From: Geosiphon pyriformis uo1
Taxonomy: Eukaryota > Fungi > Glomeromycota
Length of the DNA stretch: 64,000 bases
Assembly (NCBI GenBank): GCA_016748015.1
Contig: JAAOMT010000531.1
Location: forward strand, 186,001-250,000
Reading direction: 5' to 3'
Shown here: positions 1 to 14,004 of the stretch, one piece after another
Position numbering within the stretch: the stretch's first letter is position 1
Layout: every line of letters starts with the position of its first letter
The notes under the pieces: model-generated
Told to the model about the DNA's origin: nothing
The model's database searches: none
Seen by the model: the letters and a program-made list of their open reading frames with translations, nothing else
Translations under genes and position numbers: made by a program

Positions 1-176
1 CTTGCATTTCATCTATATGTACTGTTTGAGATAAGCGAAAAGTTCACGAATATAAGAAAAATTGAGCAAAAGTTCACCATTTCGAGAGATACCGCTGCTG
101 TTCACTGATAATCAGGGAGGAATTGGTGATACCGCATGATTCATTTTGTCACTAATGATTAACAAGATGATGGGAC

Positions 177-179
<3 letters not shown>

Positions 180-226
<47 letters not shown>
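180..226. repeat. (GA)n microsatellite
   Basis: Direct reading. Confidence 0.95.
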
Positions 227-227
<1 letters not shown>

Positions 228-527
228 GAATTATTAAAAGACTTTTATGTTGTAATTAACATTTTATTGTTTGAACTTTGTTTTTTCAGGAATCAAAAAC
301 AGCTACCTACTGTATCTTTTTGCATCAAATAAATGATGCAAAAATTTTTCATGCACACCGAGGATCAAATATGTCATGATGTAATTTTTCGATTTTTATC
401 ACTATTTTTGGACAACATGAGCTTCATTGATGTATCCCCAGTCAAAAAAATTTATCAGTGAGTATATTTGCATGATTGATAAAATTTAACCACAAAATTT
501 TTTTGATTGATTTTGATTATTTTTTAT

Positions 528-561
528 TTAATTATTATTATTATTGATTATTTTTTATTTG

Positions 562-636
<75 letters not shown>

Positions 637-640
637 GTTG
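528..640. repeat. (ATT)n microsatellite
   Basis: Direct reading. Confidence 0.95.
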
Positions 641-1060
641 TTTTTCTTATTTTACACGTCAAAAATTTTGTGCTTGCTATGATTAAACTTTAAATCAAAA
701 AATACAACCCAAGATTGGGGCTTTCCTCGATCACTCCAATTTTTATGTTTTAGATATTGTTCTATTAAACTGTTCTATTACTTCTATCAGAATAGTTAAG
801 GCGAAAAAAATAATTTTCAATATTATCGCCATCACACAAGATCAAAATATATTTTTTTTAATCAAATAGCACATGCGTTCGATTAACACAAAATACAAAA
901 TTGACCGGATAAAAAGAAATCAAAATTCGTTTCTTTACGAGATTAGTTCATGCTGTTAATTTTTTTTCTTAAAAAAAAAGGGGTAAATCGAATAATATAC
1001 CGATATTCAGAATTTCAGACTCGGTGTGCCGATTGTTTGTATATCGTCTATCAGCTATCC

Positions 1061-1091
1061 CAGTAGCAGTGGCAGTAGTAGCAGCAACAGG

Positions 1092-1158
<67 letters not shown>

Positions 1159-1189
1159 GCAGCAGCAGCAGCATCATCACCACCACCAC
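1061..1189. repeat. Compound (GCAACA)n/(GCA)n/(CAC)n microsatellite
   Basis: Direct reading; no supporting coding context. Confidence 0.9.
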
Positions 1190-1860
1190 GATTTGAATAA
1201 TAATAAAAAACCTTTTTTTATTCATCTATTATTTAAATCCGTTTTGTAAAAAAAAGATTGGTTTAATTTTTTTTCTAGTAATCTAAGACAAATATTATCA
1301 TGTGTAGTGATGTTTTACATGTGTATGAAAAACTTTAAAATACCTTTTATTATCTGTTCAAAAGGGTGTGACACACACACACACACACACACACACTAGA
1401 AAAGGGAATAACCAAGTACAATTGATAATTGTTGGCGGGCAAAAAAAACAATTCAAATTTCGAGTAATTTCAAGATTCTGGATTTTTAATTTAAAAGATA
1501 TAAAAAATGTTTAAAAAACAAATATATCATTGTAATTTTATCTTTTGAAAGTGGTTTTTTTATATATGCATTTGATATAAACTTAATCTTAAATTTGTTA
1601 ATTACTTAATTACCTACTTGATTACTTACTTGATTACTTGTTTGCTTGCTTGCTTACCTACTTACTTAATTCCTTCCTTTTACTTACTTATTTTTTACTT
1701 ACTTTAACCTAGTTAATTTTTTTTTCTTTAGAGTGACAACTAAAAACCTAGTTGATAAAAATAAAACAGGTAAAGAAAAAAAAATTAAGAGATACGTAAA
1801 AAAAAAAAAATATTTTCGACAAACAACTATAACTTAATCATGTTATATTTTTCATTCAAC

Positions 1861-1908
<48 letters not shown>

Positions 1909-2565
1909 CTCTCTCTTTCTCTCTTTCTTTTTCTCTCTCTTTAAAGAAACAAAATATTTTATTGTTTGATCGAATTAAAAATTTAGAATTTTATCTTGAC
2001 CAGTTTAGTGTCCCACATTAAATAGTAACAGTTGGTGTCCAAGAATTGACAGATGATTGCCCATTTGGTATCATGAAAAAAAAGTTACAGATGTTGATAA
2101 TAGAACTGGAAAAGAAAAGAAACCAAGAATGCATGAAAATTCTTCGGTGTCACATGTACACAGTATGCACAATCTACTAAAGAATAAAATTATAAAAAAA
2201 GAACTTTAAGATAGAAGAGAGAATCAAGTTATTAATTCTAGTATTCACCGGAAAAGGTATATATAAAGATATGATGAATCGTTTGTATCCCACTCGTTCA
2301 TGATTAGGACTCTATCTATCTTAAAAAAATTGTGAAAGTAAAAGAGGAGTTACGCCAAAAGTAAAAAAAAAAAAAAACGTGAACCAAACGAAACTGGGGA
2401 ACAGGCGTTACGATCCGATATCCCTGATAGCTGCTTACGTTTTCATCACTCGCATTTACCTATATCATCATATTTATAATAATCGTAATTTCTTATCAAT
2501 TACCTCCCCCCCCCCCCGACGTTTTGATTTTGCAATTCAAGTTTTNNNNNNNNNNNNNNNNNNNN

Positions 2566-2617
<52 letters not shown>

Positions 2618-2760
2618 CTTTTTCTTCTTCTTCTTTTTCTTCTTCTTCTTCTTCTTCTTCTTCTTCTTCTTCTTCTTCTTCTTCTTCTTCTTCTTCTTCT
2701 TCTTCTTCTTCTTCTTCTTGAAAGACAACTTATGTGTGTGTGTGTGTGTGTGTGTATGTG
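2566..2760. repeat. poly(T)-(TTC)n-(TG)n compound tract next to N gap
   Basis: Direct reading. Confidence 0.95.
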
Positions 2761-4383
2761 CCCATATTAGAATATAATTTTAAACAGTTTTTGATTTAAA
2801 ATAAAAATACTGGTTTAAAGAAACTGCATGTATCACACAAACTTCCCCACACTTTTTTTCACGATTTTCAAAATTTAAAAAAAAAGTCTTGTTTTTTTGT
2901 CAAATCCAAAAAGGTAGAAACAAATTCTTGGTGATTTCTTTAAAGTAAATATTTTCTTTTGCTTTAAAAAATAATAATTAAAGTTAGACTCAAAACTTTC
3001 ACTCTTTCTCTTATTATTTTATATTTCTAATTTCATTTTTTATCCCCACTGAATATCATTTTCTTAATTTCCAAAATTGCTATTCTAGACATTAAAATAA
3101 ATTAAATTAAATTAAAATAATAATAATAATAATAATAATATTCAATACCTTCAATATATTCTATTAAACTTGTACTGCACGCAGATTTACTATCATTTTT
3201 CCCTTACCTATTCTATTCTATCGAATTTTGTTTCATTCATCCTTTTTTACATTCTAATCTTTTAACATTTTTTTCCACTACTTCTTTTTACCATCGCCCC
3301 TATGTGAACTCAAACACGAATTATTATTTTTACTTGGCCATTTTCACTCTCATCTCATCCCTTACGCTTGAAACTTTCTTTCTTCCCACGTTTTTTTCTT
3401 TTTTGAAAATCTTCCTACTTTGCTTCCTTTAGAAGCATCTGATTTTCCCTAATTTATTATTTAATTGGCAATTCACTAATTCTCTAATCTCATCTCCTCT
3501 CCTCTCCTCTCCTATCCTATCCTATCCTCTTACTTCCGATTTATATCAGAGCGTCAAATTCAGCCGTTTACAACCTATTCTTTCACTCAACAAAATCTGC
3601 AAAGTCACCCCTACCTCCTGATAATATAATCATCAAAGGTTAGCACTTTGACTTCATATTACTACGCAATATCTTTTTTTAATTTATCGGTCGTTGCATC
3701 AGTAGTCGTGACAGTTGAAAATGATTAGTACCCCGCATTATTACGCAATCTTCCCTTACCCTACATCCATACACCCCCCTCCCCTTTAGTCAAATCACAA
3801 AAAATTATATAGCATTGAGATACTTTTGTTGGTAATCCTGCTGCCGTTGCTGCTGATATTGATAACAAACAGCATCATCAGCAGCAGCAGCAAAAACCCA
3901 CCCAAGTAATATAAATATCACTATTACTCACGAGGCCCGGAGCGATCTTTTGATTTTCAGTTACTTATCATTCCAAAACCAACTTTTTCTGCTAATATCA
4001 TCAAAAAAAATAACAATAGGGTCCAGACATCGGTTAAAAACAAATATTTTAGAATAATTGATAATACTTGGTCATTTACCTCCAAATTTTTCCTCCTGGA
4101 AATCATACTTGTCATTTCCCATCGACGGTCTTGTATGTAGTGAACGTCAGCTCCGGCCTCTTCAGTCTTTTTCTTCACGTGTTTTCTCAGGTAGCTTTTA
4201 TTTCAGGTTTTCCGGGACTTGACCCCCCCCCCCCATGTCCATTGCTTAAAAAAAATATTAAATATATTTTCTAATATTCCTTCATTTTTTTTTCTTCTAT
4301 GCTACCCTCTCTACCTGTGTGTCACTTCAAATTTACCCCAAAGAAATTTTTGAAAAATTTCTTTTTAATCAAAAGAGGCAACT

Positions 4384-5000
4384 ATGGATATTGGGCAATT
4401 GATCAGGTACCATTATCATTCTTCCCTTTGAAAGGTTCTAGATAAAATGAATAAAATATCCATTCAAATCATGAATCTCGTATCTAACCAGACTCTAATC
4501 TCATGAAATAACCATATTTATCAAAAATTTTCATAATCAGTCATCCTAATCCAAACACCTCCTCGGCAAAACAATTAAAACGTCATTCAACGCCGAGTTT
4601 GCTAAATTATCGTCAATCTTCACCATACCATGAAACACATCAGGATAAATTATCATTTTATCTACAAACCCCACAATATCATTTATCAGAAAACAGTGTA
4701 TCACCTTCTTCCCTCTCAGATTCCCAACAAAAGCGTTCAAATAAATTAAATCATTTAAAAAATGATAACTCAACGCATAATAGACTTCCACCTTTGGGTC
4801 CTCTACCGACACCTCCACATCAACAGCATATCCAAGACCCTTTAATAACAAATGTGAATGGGATAAACTGTCAAACTCGAGCAAACATTGAAATCTCGAA
4901 AACTCCTCAGAATATTTCACCTAATTATCACCAAAATTCACATATAAATCATCTCGATCAATTTCCTAATCAATATCCAGAATCAGCAACTCCCCATAAC

Positions 5001-5039
<39 letters not shown>

Positions 5040-5233
5040 CACCATCATCATCATCATCATCACCATCCAACCACGACAACTCAGACGCCGAATCGTCGAC
5101 TAGCACATATTCTTTCGGAACAAAAACGACGCGAAAATATTAATTCGGGCTTCGAAGAATTAAAAAGTATAGTGCCTAGTTGTCGTGGATGTGCTGATTC
5201 TAAAGCCGTAATTTTACGAAAAGGTAATTATCA

Positions 5234-5284
<51 letters not shown>

Positions 5285-5481
5285 GTTTAAACCTGTTCGA
5301 GGTATCAAAGAAATCCATTTTCTTTTATGATAAAGACCAATCAATAATCATGAGAGAGAATGTGGGAGAAAGAAAATGTTTGAGAATCGCGGATTTAAAG
5401 CCTCGGCCTGCATCTGCTAATGTTTTGTGAATCACTATTCATTTGGAAGATCGCGTAATCCTCTTGATGATTGATTTATTA

Positions 5482-5540
<59 letters not shown>

Positions 5541-6788
5541 CAATAAATCAATAAATGAATGAATGCGTATTTATTAAAAATGTATGCAAGGCGCGATGCT
5601 AAATGATTATCAATTGTCACTAGAATGCTTTCCTTATTTCCCTTATTTTTATCATTCATGAGCAAAAAGATCTCAATTTATTAACTAAAGTAATATATCT
5701 ATTTTTCCATTTCTATTAAAGCTGTTCATTACATTCAGAGTCTGGAATCGGAGGTGGGAAGGTTAAAACAACAAGCGAATTCTTCGAATCAATCAGCAAC
5801 ACCATCAGCAGGTTCAAGTACTCCGGCATCATCACCTCCTTTGATCACACCTAAACCACTTCCCATTTGTGTGAACCGGAGCGTTGGTATTGTGAACTCG
5901 GCCAAGATCCCTCCAACCTCTTCGACTAACTCTGCTTATAATATTAGGGAATTGGATGTTGAACAAACTAATTCATCCCAAGAATATTATACTGGCGGTG
6001 ACTGCCCGAAGCAACAATCATTGCTTCACGGAAATACACAGTATAAACAACAACAACAACAACAACATTTGTGCATTACCGACCCATGGCCCACCCCTTC
6101 CTCGTCTATTCAATCGGAAGGACCCATGTTGTCACCAACGATTAATCACAACTCATATCATCGACAACGTTCAACTTATTCTCCCCCATCACCTCAACAC
6201 CATCATACAAATTGTAACCGTCACAATACCGCAAATTTTGAAACGCAGTATACGAATAATAATAAAAATAATAAAAATAATAACAATAACAATAATACTA
6301 ATCATAAAAATAAAAATAATAAAAATAATTTTAATAGCGGTACTAATTTGGAGAAACATTATAAGCGAAATCAAAACATGGAAACACCATCTCCTTTATT
6401 ATCAGAGGAATATAGTGAGGAGGAACATTTAAAGAACGAAGAGATGGATTGGCATCGGTCAATTTCTCCAACTCAATGTGCCGAAAATCGAGAATATTCT
6501 AAGCGGGCATCAACTTTGTCTGTTGGATCATTGTCGAAAGGCTACCACAAACGTAACAATGGATATTTCCATGATCCAAACGAATTTCCAGAGCAACCTG
6601 GGAAATATTTTTTTCAGCACCAAGAGCAAGAACATCATAGAATCGAACGACCAAATTACTATCTTGAGGGACATAAATTATCGCAACCACTACAAAATCA
6701 AATGCCCTCAACATCGTCCGACAAAGTCTTGGTTAAACAGGAAGAATTCATGGGAATTCAAGATTTTAGAATGACTGGTCAAAATTAA
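4384..6788 (+). CDS. Group-B bHLH transcription factor (Mlx/Max/Ino4-like), ~590 aa; exons 4384-4406, 4541-5223, 5722-6788
   Basis: Splicing GT..AG introns 4407-4540 and 5224-5721 joins the ORFs in frame (1773 nt). It restores a complete bHLH, RRLAHILSEQKRRENINSGFEELKSIVPSCRGCADSKAVILRK|AVHYIQSLESEVGRLK, with the H-E-R residues of CACGTG binders. Flanks are low-complexity N/H/Q/S/P. The short first exon (MDIGQLIS) is inferred from splice sites and frame. Confidence 0.88.
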
Positions 6789-7527
6789 CTACAAAATTTG
6801 ATCCTTTTCTCATCAATATTGCAAAAAAAAATATGTTCTTCTCATTATGCCTTTTTCTATGATTCACATGATTCAAACTCTGTTTTCACAGGAATAGACG
6901 ATAAAAGTAAATTGACCATTTCAGGATTTAATGTTCGGCATCATAAGCTTTTTTGTAGATAATCGAAATTTTCCTTTTGCTCAGATTCCCCTTCGCGTAC
7001 TTTCATAGTACATTCTTAGATAGTTTTCCCCTTTCCTAACCCCCGATATTTTTTCTCAGTAAAATATTTGTAAAAAAAACTTTTCAAAAAAAAAAAAAAA
7101 AAAAATAATTAATTGGAATGAATAAAAATAAGATTAAATTCGAAAGATTTGGTAATTTTCAAAGGTCAAAGCAACTTTTTTTTATGTTTACAATATTAAA
7201 ATATCATTGTAAGTTCTCTTTTTCTGAGTAGTAATTATGTGGTTCTGTTTGGTCAATATATCAGTACGACAAATATCCTTTTTTTATACCAAACACCAAT
7301 CCTTGCTTNNNNNNNNNNNNNNNNNNNNCACACAATGCACAACGAGGCTGTGTTTGTTTAGATAACTGGATTGTCTATTTGTAAGATGGGATGATCTTGT
7401 GATAACATGTGCTGCCCATGGTCTGTTTAATGATAGGAATATCCGGTGGTGGAAAACGATAAATCCGGTGTCGGTCCATCGGTTTTGTTTGGTGCGGGGT
7501 CTTTACAAATATTTTTCGGGTGTGGGG

Positions 7528-7585
7528 AACGAAAGGACGAACGAACGAACGAACGAACGAACGAACGAACGAACGAACGAACGAA
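7528..7585. repeat. (GAAC)n microsatellite
   Basis: Direct reading. Confidence 0.95.
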
Positions 7586-7817
7586 ATCAAACAAGATTTT
7601 TAAATATTAAAAGAAATAAGTGATGTAATGTCTACACATTTTGTTTTCTTTAAATTCCTGATTTCAAATATTATTAAATTTTAAAAATAAATTCTTTTGA
7701 ATAAAATTTCTATTATTTTCTTTATTATTATGGGTTAAAAATTTAAATTTAATGATAAATGAATGAAAATAAATGAAAATAATAAATATTTGTTTAATTT
7801 GTAATTTTATGATTTTA

Positions 7818-7878
<61 letters not shown>

Positions 7879-8049
7879 TATATACATATATGTATATATT
7901 TAAAAAAAATAATTTGATAACAATTTCAAAAAAAAAAAAATTTATTTTCAAATTAAATTTTTAATCATAATTATAATATATATAATTAGTAATAACATTA
8001 AATTGCAATTTAAAAAATGAAAATAATAATAAAAACTTAAAAAATAATA

Positions 8050-8089
<40 letters not shown>

Positions 8090-8360
8090 TTATATAAAAA
8101 CTTAAATAATAATAATAATAAAGGAAATAGAAATTTATTTTTCAAAAAAATGAAATTATATATTTAATCTTAATAAAAATTATTACTTTGAAAACAGTAT
8201 TATAAAATAATAATAATAACAACTATATATATATATATCATCAATTACACTCTTTTTAATTCGTTTGGAAAACAACAATTTACTAAATTTTGATTTAGAA
8301 AAAATTTCTTCATTTTTCTTTAAAAATTTAATTTTAAAAACCAATATAAATCCTTCTTTT

Positions 8361-8467
<107 letters not shown>

Positions 8468-9363
8468 TTCAATTAATTAATTAATTAAGGGGTAAATTTT
8501 AGATTTGGAGTTGGCATAACTGAAACACAATATTGAGGAAATAAAATTTTATTATATTGCTGTTACTTTGGAATATTTAATTATTATTATTATTATTATT
8601 ATTTTTCTTTGATAAGCTTCTGCAAAGAAAATTTGGTCAGTTGTCTAAACCATAATTTTAAAATTTTCAAAATTCAATATTATTGGATCGATTAAACATC
8701 AAGTTTTACATAATTATTGGGAGGGACACAGAATATTAAAAATTTACAAGTTTTTTAAATTCCAATTAATTATAAATAAATTTTAAAAAACTTTGTTCAT
8801 TCAAAATAATTTTTCAAGTTGAACAAACTATTCGTACGTAGGTACATACGTATACCTTTGGTAAAAAATATTCAAACATGAAAAATATTCAAACTCACTA
8901 CCAAAAAAAAAAACACGCACTGACCATCAAAACAATTCTGCCAAATAATTACCATATTCGTGTACACTTCCCGAGTCACAAATAAAGAAAACTATAAACT
9001 AATTCCTAGTTTTTAACACTTTCCGAAAATGTTTTAGAGTCCTGAGTTCGCTTCCAGACCTGCAATAATCTGTCATTCTCAGCAAAACATAGCGGTGGGC
9101 ATATAGAATTTTGGGTAACATCCGCACGGACTGTCTAAAGTACTAACCTATCAAAGATAAATCGAATGATGATCTCAACTAGGATATCAAAAAAAAAAAA
9201 AACCGTGGGTAAAAAAAGCTTTGATCACAATAAACCGGAATAAAGATATTTCAATTTTACCCGAAGCAAACACGGGTAGTGTCCCGTGCCCTTATTTTTT
9301 CCCAAATATTGATATAGCGCACTGACCACCTCCCTTTATTTCTTTATTTGTTGATCATCATAA

Positions 9364-9364
<1 letters not shown>

Positions 9365-9422
<58 letters not shown>

Positions 9423-9444
9423 ATAGTAGTAGTAGTAGTAATAG
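9365..9444. repeat. (AGT)n microsatellite
   Basis: Direct reading. Confidence 0.95.
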
Positions 9445-10799
9445 CAATAGGAGTAAAGGGGTAACAGTAATGGTAACGATAACTTGATTATATATTCAAA
9501 CAAACAATCAATGCCTTTTACTCTAAAATCATATGCATACATATGAATGATAACGAGGGGATTATATGGATAAATGGATGAACTTAAGAAAGAAAATTAG
9601 AAAAACAAGGTATATGAAACGCACTGTAAAATTAATCAGAAACCAATTCCCTCAGTCTGATGATATTCCACCGCTGCACCCCTTAACAAAATGTTGAGGT
9701 TGTAAAACGAACGAAATTTTTTTTCTTTTAACTTTCCATTTGGTTTTACTTTTACTTTTATTGCCCCATTTGACCTTGAAATGAAATGAAGTGAAATGTG
9801 ACTTCATTATTATAACCTTATTTTTTCAATCAATTGAAAAGATATACTTCTTAATCTATGAAATCTTTCAATTTTTTTTTTCTCCCCACTTTTTTATTTA
9901 ACCTTTGAACCAATCTTATTTTTGGTTTAGAAAAAATTATTTTTAATCAATGAAAATTTTTTCCATTTACCCCTCCCAGCAATGCGCGTTCAAATAAAAA
10001 TAAGACATCATGAGAACATCTTTACTACCAAAATTTTACCTCATTTAAATATGCTGTTGATCATTGTTTTATCTAATGATTACCCAAATCATACATAGAT
10101 CTGCTGTAAATGCATGCGTAAAAATATTGATTGATTTAGGTGAGATAGTCAAAGTTTGAGCGCCTGGCCCTAAAGTGCATATATATATGTATATACGCAT
10201 GAAAAAGCAGGTTTTTTTTTATGGATTAGGAAATTGGTGTTTAAAAAAAAAATTTCGGTCGGGAACTTGTAAATAACAAGAATACCGAAACTAGATTTAC
10301 TAGAGTCGTAACCACGATCCATTATAAATTTAAATTTTATTGTTGTACTTTTATCGCTTGGGGAATTTAAAATTAAAGGTATTACAGCATTATGATTATG
10401 ATTATGATGATGATAATGATGATTGGTTCATTTCAATATGTTAATATTGAAAATTTCTAAGCAATTTTAATATTTAAATTACGCTAATATTTATTTTTTC
10501 CTTTAAAAAACCAATAGACTAACTAAATGATTTCTTTTTAAAATATAATTATTCATCACATCCAGACTTTATTTATTTATTCTCGTCAAACTCCCGAAAA
10601 ATTTTATCACAGACAGAATAATTAGGGAGTCTCACATACCCTGATAAAATAGTAAGAATTATCATATTTTTGAGTATTGATAAATAGTAGGAATTTTTGC
10701 GATTCGTTAATTAATAAATAAACAAACAAACAAACAAGTTTCACTTTTTAAATGTGCAAATTTTTTAAAAAAAAAAATTGTTTTTATCATAATTATAAT

Positions 10800-12070
10800 T
10801 TATATCTATTTGAAAATAATATAAATAAACTTTTGATTTGAAAATAATATAAATAATTTCTTATATATTATATAATCTATTATAAAAAAAAAAATTTATA
10901 TAATACTAAATAAATTTTTAAAATTATTAATTTTATATATAAATTTTTACTTAAACTAATTAAACTTTATTCAAACTATATTTAAAATTTATCTAAAATA
11001 AATAAATTTTAATTTAAACTGTTTAAAAAAAGAATTTTATATTGTTTTAATTTTAGTCTAAACTACTTGAAATTGCTATTATTACAAATTTCAAGATTTT
11101 ATATATAAAGTAATTTTAAATTTAAAAAAAAAACATGTTTAATAATTAAATATTTAAAATATATGAAAAAAAAATTAATTAAACAAAAAATAAATCTATA
11201 AATTTTTTAACAAATATTAAAAAATTATTAAAATTTTGAAATAAATAAAAAAATTTATTAAAAAACATTATTACTTAAATATATAAATAAAAAATTTTTT
11301 ATAAAACTAATTAAAACTTACTTAAATTAAATAGATTAAAAAACTAGTTTTTTATATTTTAAATACTTTTTATAAATTAAATTTAATATTATTAATTAAT
11401 AACAATAATTTAATTAATTTTTTTTATTAATATATAATATTCAATTATTATCTAATATAATACAATTATTAAAAGTTTTAAATCAAATATAATTTATATA
11501 TTTTTTATATATAATTAAACATAATTTTAATTTATATTAAATTATGTTAAATTTATAAAAACAAACTTATTTAAAACAGTTATCTTATTTAAAATTAAAA
11601 TTAAAACTATTATTATTAAAAATTAAACCAAATATATATATATATATATATATATAATAATTTTATTTATATTAAATTTAATATTAAAAAATTACAATTT
11701 TCAAAGTATTATTATTTTAGTATAAATAAAATTATTAATAAATATTTTTAAATTATTATTAATTATATTATTTTTATTAATTACAAAAAAATTTTTATTA
11801 ATTTTAAATTTAAAAAAGAAAAAATATTAATAAATTTAATTATTATAACTAATTTAAACAACTTAAATTTTAAAACAGTTAATTTAAAACTAATTACAGA
11901 ATTAATAACAATAATAACAATTACAAATATTTTATTATTAAAAATACTATTAATCACTTTAAAAAATAAAAAAGTTATAACTTTTTTATTTTTTGCTTTA
12001 ATTATAATTATAAAAATACAAAAAAAAAATTTGTTTATTTAAATATAATTAATTAATTAATTAATTTAAA
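10800..12070. repeat. AT-eroded ghost repeat, same families as 19.3, 21-22 and 30.5 kb
   Basis: 11480-11580 resembles 21795-21895. 11970-12030 resembles 30460-30520 and the reverse complement of 19290-19350. Almost no G/C remains. Confidence 0.55.
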
Positions 12071-12189
12071 AAAAACTTTTTTCTCTCCTTCATTCCAAAT
12101 TCTTAAAAAAGAGTCTTAAGTTTTTTGAAAAAAGAAGTTTTTACAATTCAGTATGAAAAATCCAAACTGTTTCTGCTTGATTACAAGGT

Positions 12190-14004
12190 CATTGTTGGTC
12201 CCAGTGTTGCTGTAATAAAGAAGTCTGCTAAAAGCTTTAGTGCTGATACTGTTAATAAGAATGTTGCCTTTAAGAAAAAAAAAAGAGCGGTGTTTTAAAA
12301 AACGGTGTAGCTTAGAAAATGGTTTTGTCTAATAAAGCAGTTGGTAGTTCTTGGGGGTCTAAAGCTGGGGATACCACTGAATCCGACAGTGTGGACATAG
12401 AAGAGGAGTTTTTGATTAAAGAGATTAGTGTGGATTATGGAGAAAAAAATGTTTTAGAAGGAAAAAACATTAACTAAATACTTAAAAGGTCTAGGGTGGT
12501 TACTAAGCAAGCTTTGGGTAAACCTCTGGGCAAAATTGATTTTTTGGGCAACAATGATGATGATAATGTTCTGTTGGATGTTCCTTTAGAACTTTCTTCT
12601 TCTTTGAAAAATTTGGTTAATGTCTCTGTTCGGAAGTTATTTGCTTTAGATATTGGATTAGAAAAAGTGATTAGAAGATCCTCTCAAGAAAAACTTTCTG
12701 TGGTCAGGAAATTATTTTCAGGAATCAATGGTTTTGGAAGGGCCTCTACCCTCTCAAAATTTGCTGGGATTATCAAAGTGACATTCACTTCTGAATTAAG
12801 CTTGGCACAGACTTTAAAAAAGGCTGAGGATGCAAAAATCTTGGTTAACACCAATCTCAAGAAATCAACTGGTCAATTGGATTGGGCTGTAGTGGTGAAA
12901 AAAATCCCAGTTGAAACATTAGCTAAGGCTGTGTGTGCTGCGCTTTCTGAATTTGGTTCTATTGTGTCGATCAAAATGTAATTGGTAGGACTATGGCAAA
13001 AAACTGTGGTTAAATTCGCCCAATTGAATTAGGCTGATTTGGTCGCAGCTAAATGGTCTATCTTGATCGGGAAGGATGCCGTGAGAGTGGCTAAGGCTAA
13101 TTTGGACAAGGAATCATGGGACACAAGGGATCAGCATAGGGTTTTGCTCTATACACTGCTGATGGGCACTAATGCACATAATATCTGGAACTTCATTGGT
13201 TCTGTGAATGGGAAAACATGTGTCATCAATTGACACCCTGTTATGTATACCCGGGCCAGGTGTGCTATTGTTTGTTTTGACTCTGCTGCTTCAATTAATA
13301 CTGTTATGGAAACTACATTTGTCTTAAAGGGTGCCAATCTGTGTTGGGCTTACTTGGGTTCTGCTAAGTATGCTAAGTGTGAGAATTTGGGTTATACATC
13401 TCTGAATTGTTTTGTGAATATGAAAAATTCTCCTGGTGGACTGGCTCACAGGATATTGTCTGAGAATGATAAAAGCAAACTGGCTTTTATTTATGCAAGA
13501 TGCTCTGCTCTAATCTCTCACCCTGTGTCTTTTGGTGGTGTTTTATGGACCAATATTGTTGATGGGTCTTTTTTCCTTTCTTTCTCTGTAAGTATTGACT
13601 CAGGTTCTTCTGGTTTCTCTTCAGGAATAAAACCTATCCCAATGGTGTCTGTAGAATTAAACGATAGGTTTGCTGCTCTTAAGCATAGTCTTGCCAGCCT
13701 CGTAGAACACATTGATAAGTTGGCTAAGAGGTTGGACTTACTTGGGCCAATGGTTTCCCAGCCTAGCTCTGGATGTTAGCCATTGGTGACCTCTTCATCA
13801 CAGAATCAAGGGGCAGATATAGTGATAAGTGAGGGTTCAGGTGTGGCCACTGGTGGTGAGATTATTGTGAGAGTGGTGGTTTTTAACTCTTTGGTTATCT
13901 CTAAGTTGGAAAAAACTCTGAACAATCTTTCAGTCACAGTTATGGGCCTCTTGGCCAAAATTAACAATGCTGGTCTGGTTCCTGTAATTCATTCTTCTCA
14001 ATGA
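12190..14004 (+). pseudogene. LINE ORF1 (Gag-like, degenerate CCHC knuckle), premature stops
   Basis: Fragments 12496, 13039, 13243 and 13783 share one frame. The knuckle remnant YAKCENLGYTSLNC corresponds to YTKCEQFGHISNMC in copy 2. The 5' boundary is approximate. Confidence 0.8.

Noticed and set aside
1030-1200. Poly-Q/Ser-Asn coding exon
   Set aside because: There is no start, splice context or flanking ORF; it is a simple compound microsatellite.
2379-2777. ORF-track entries made of poly-F/K/S/X (also 7664-8480, 9336-9542, 32915-34172)
   Set aside because: They are artefacts of microsatellites and N gaps.
7528-7585. CRISPR-like or regulatory repeat array
   Set aside because: It is a pure tetranucleotide repeat without spacers, in a eukaryotic context.
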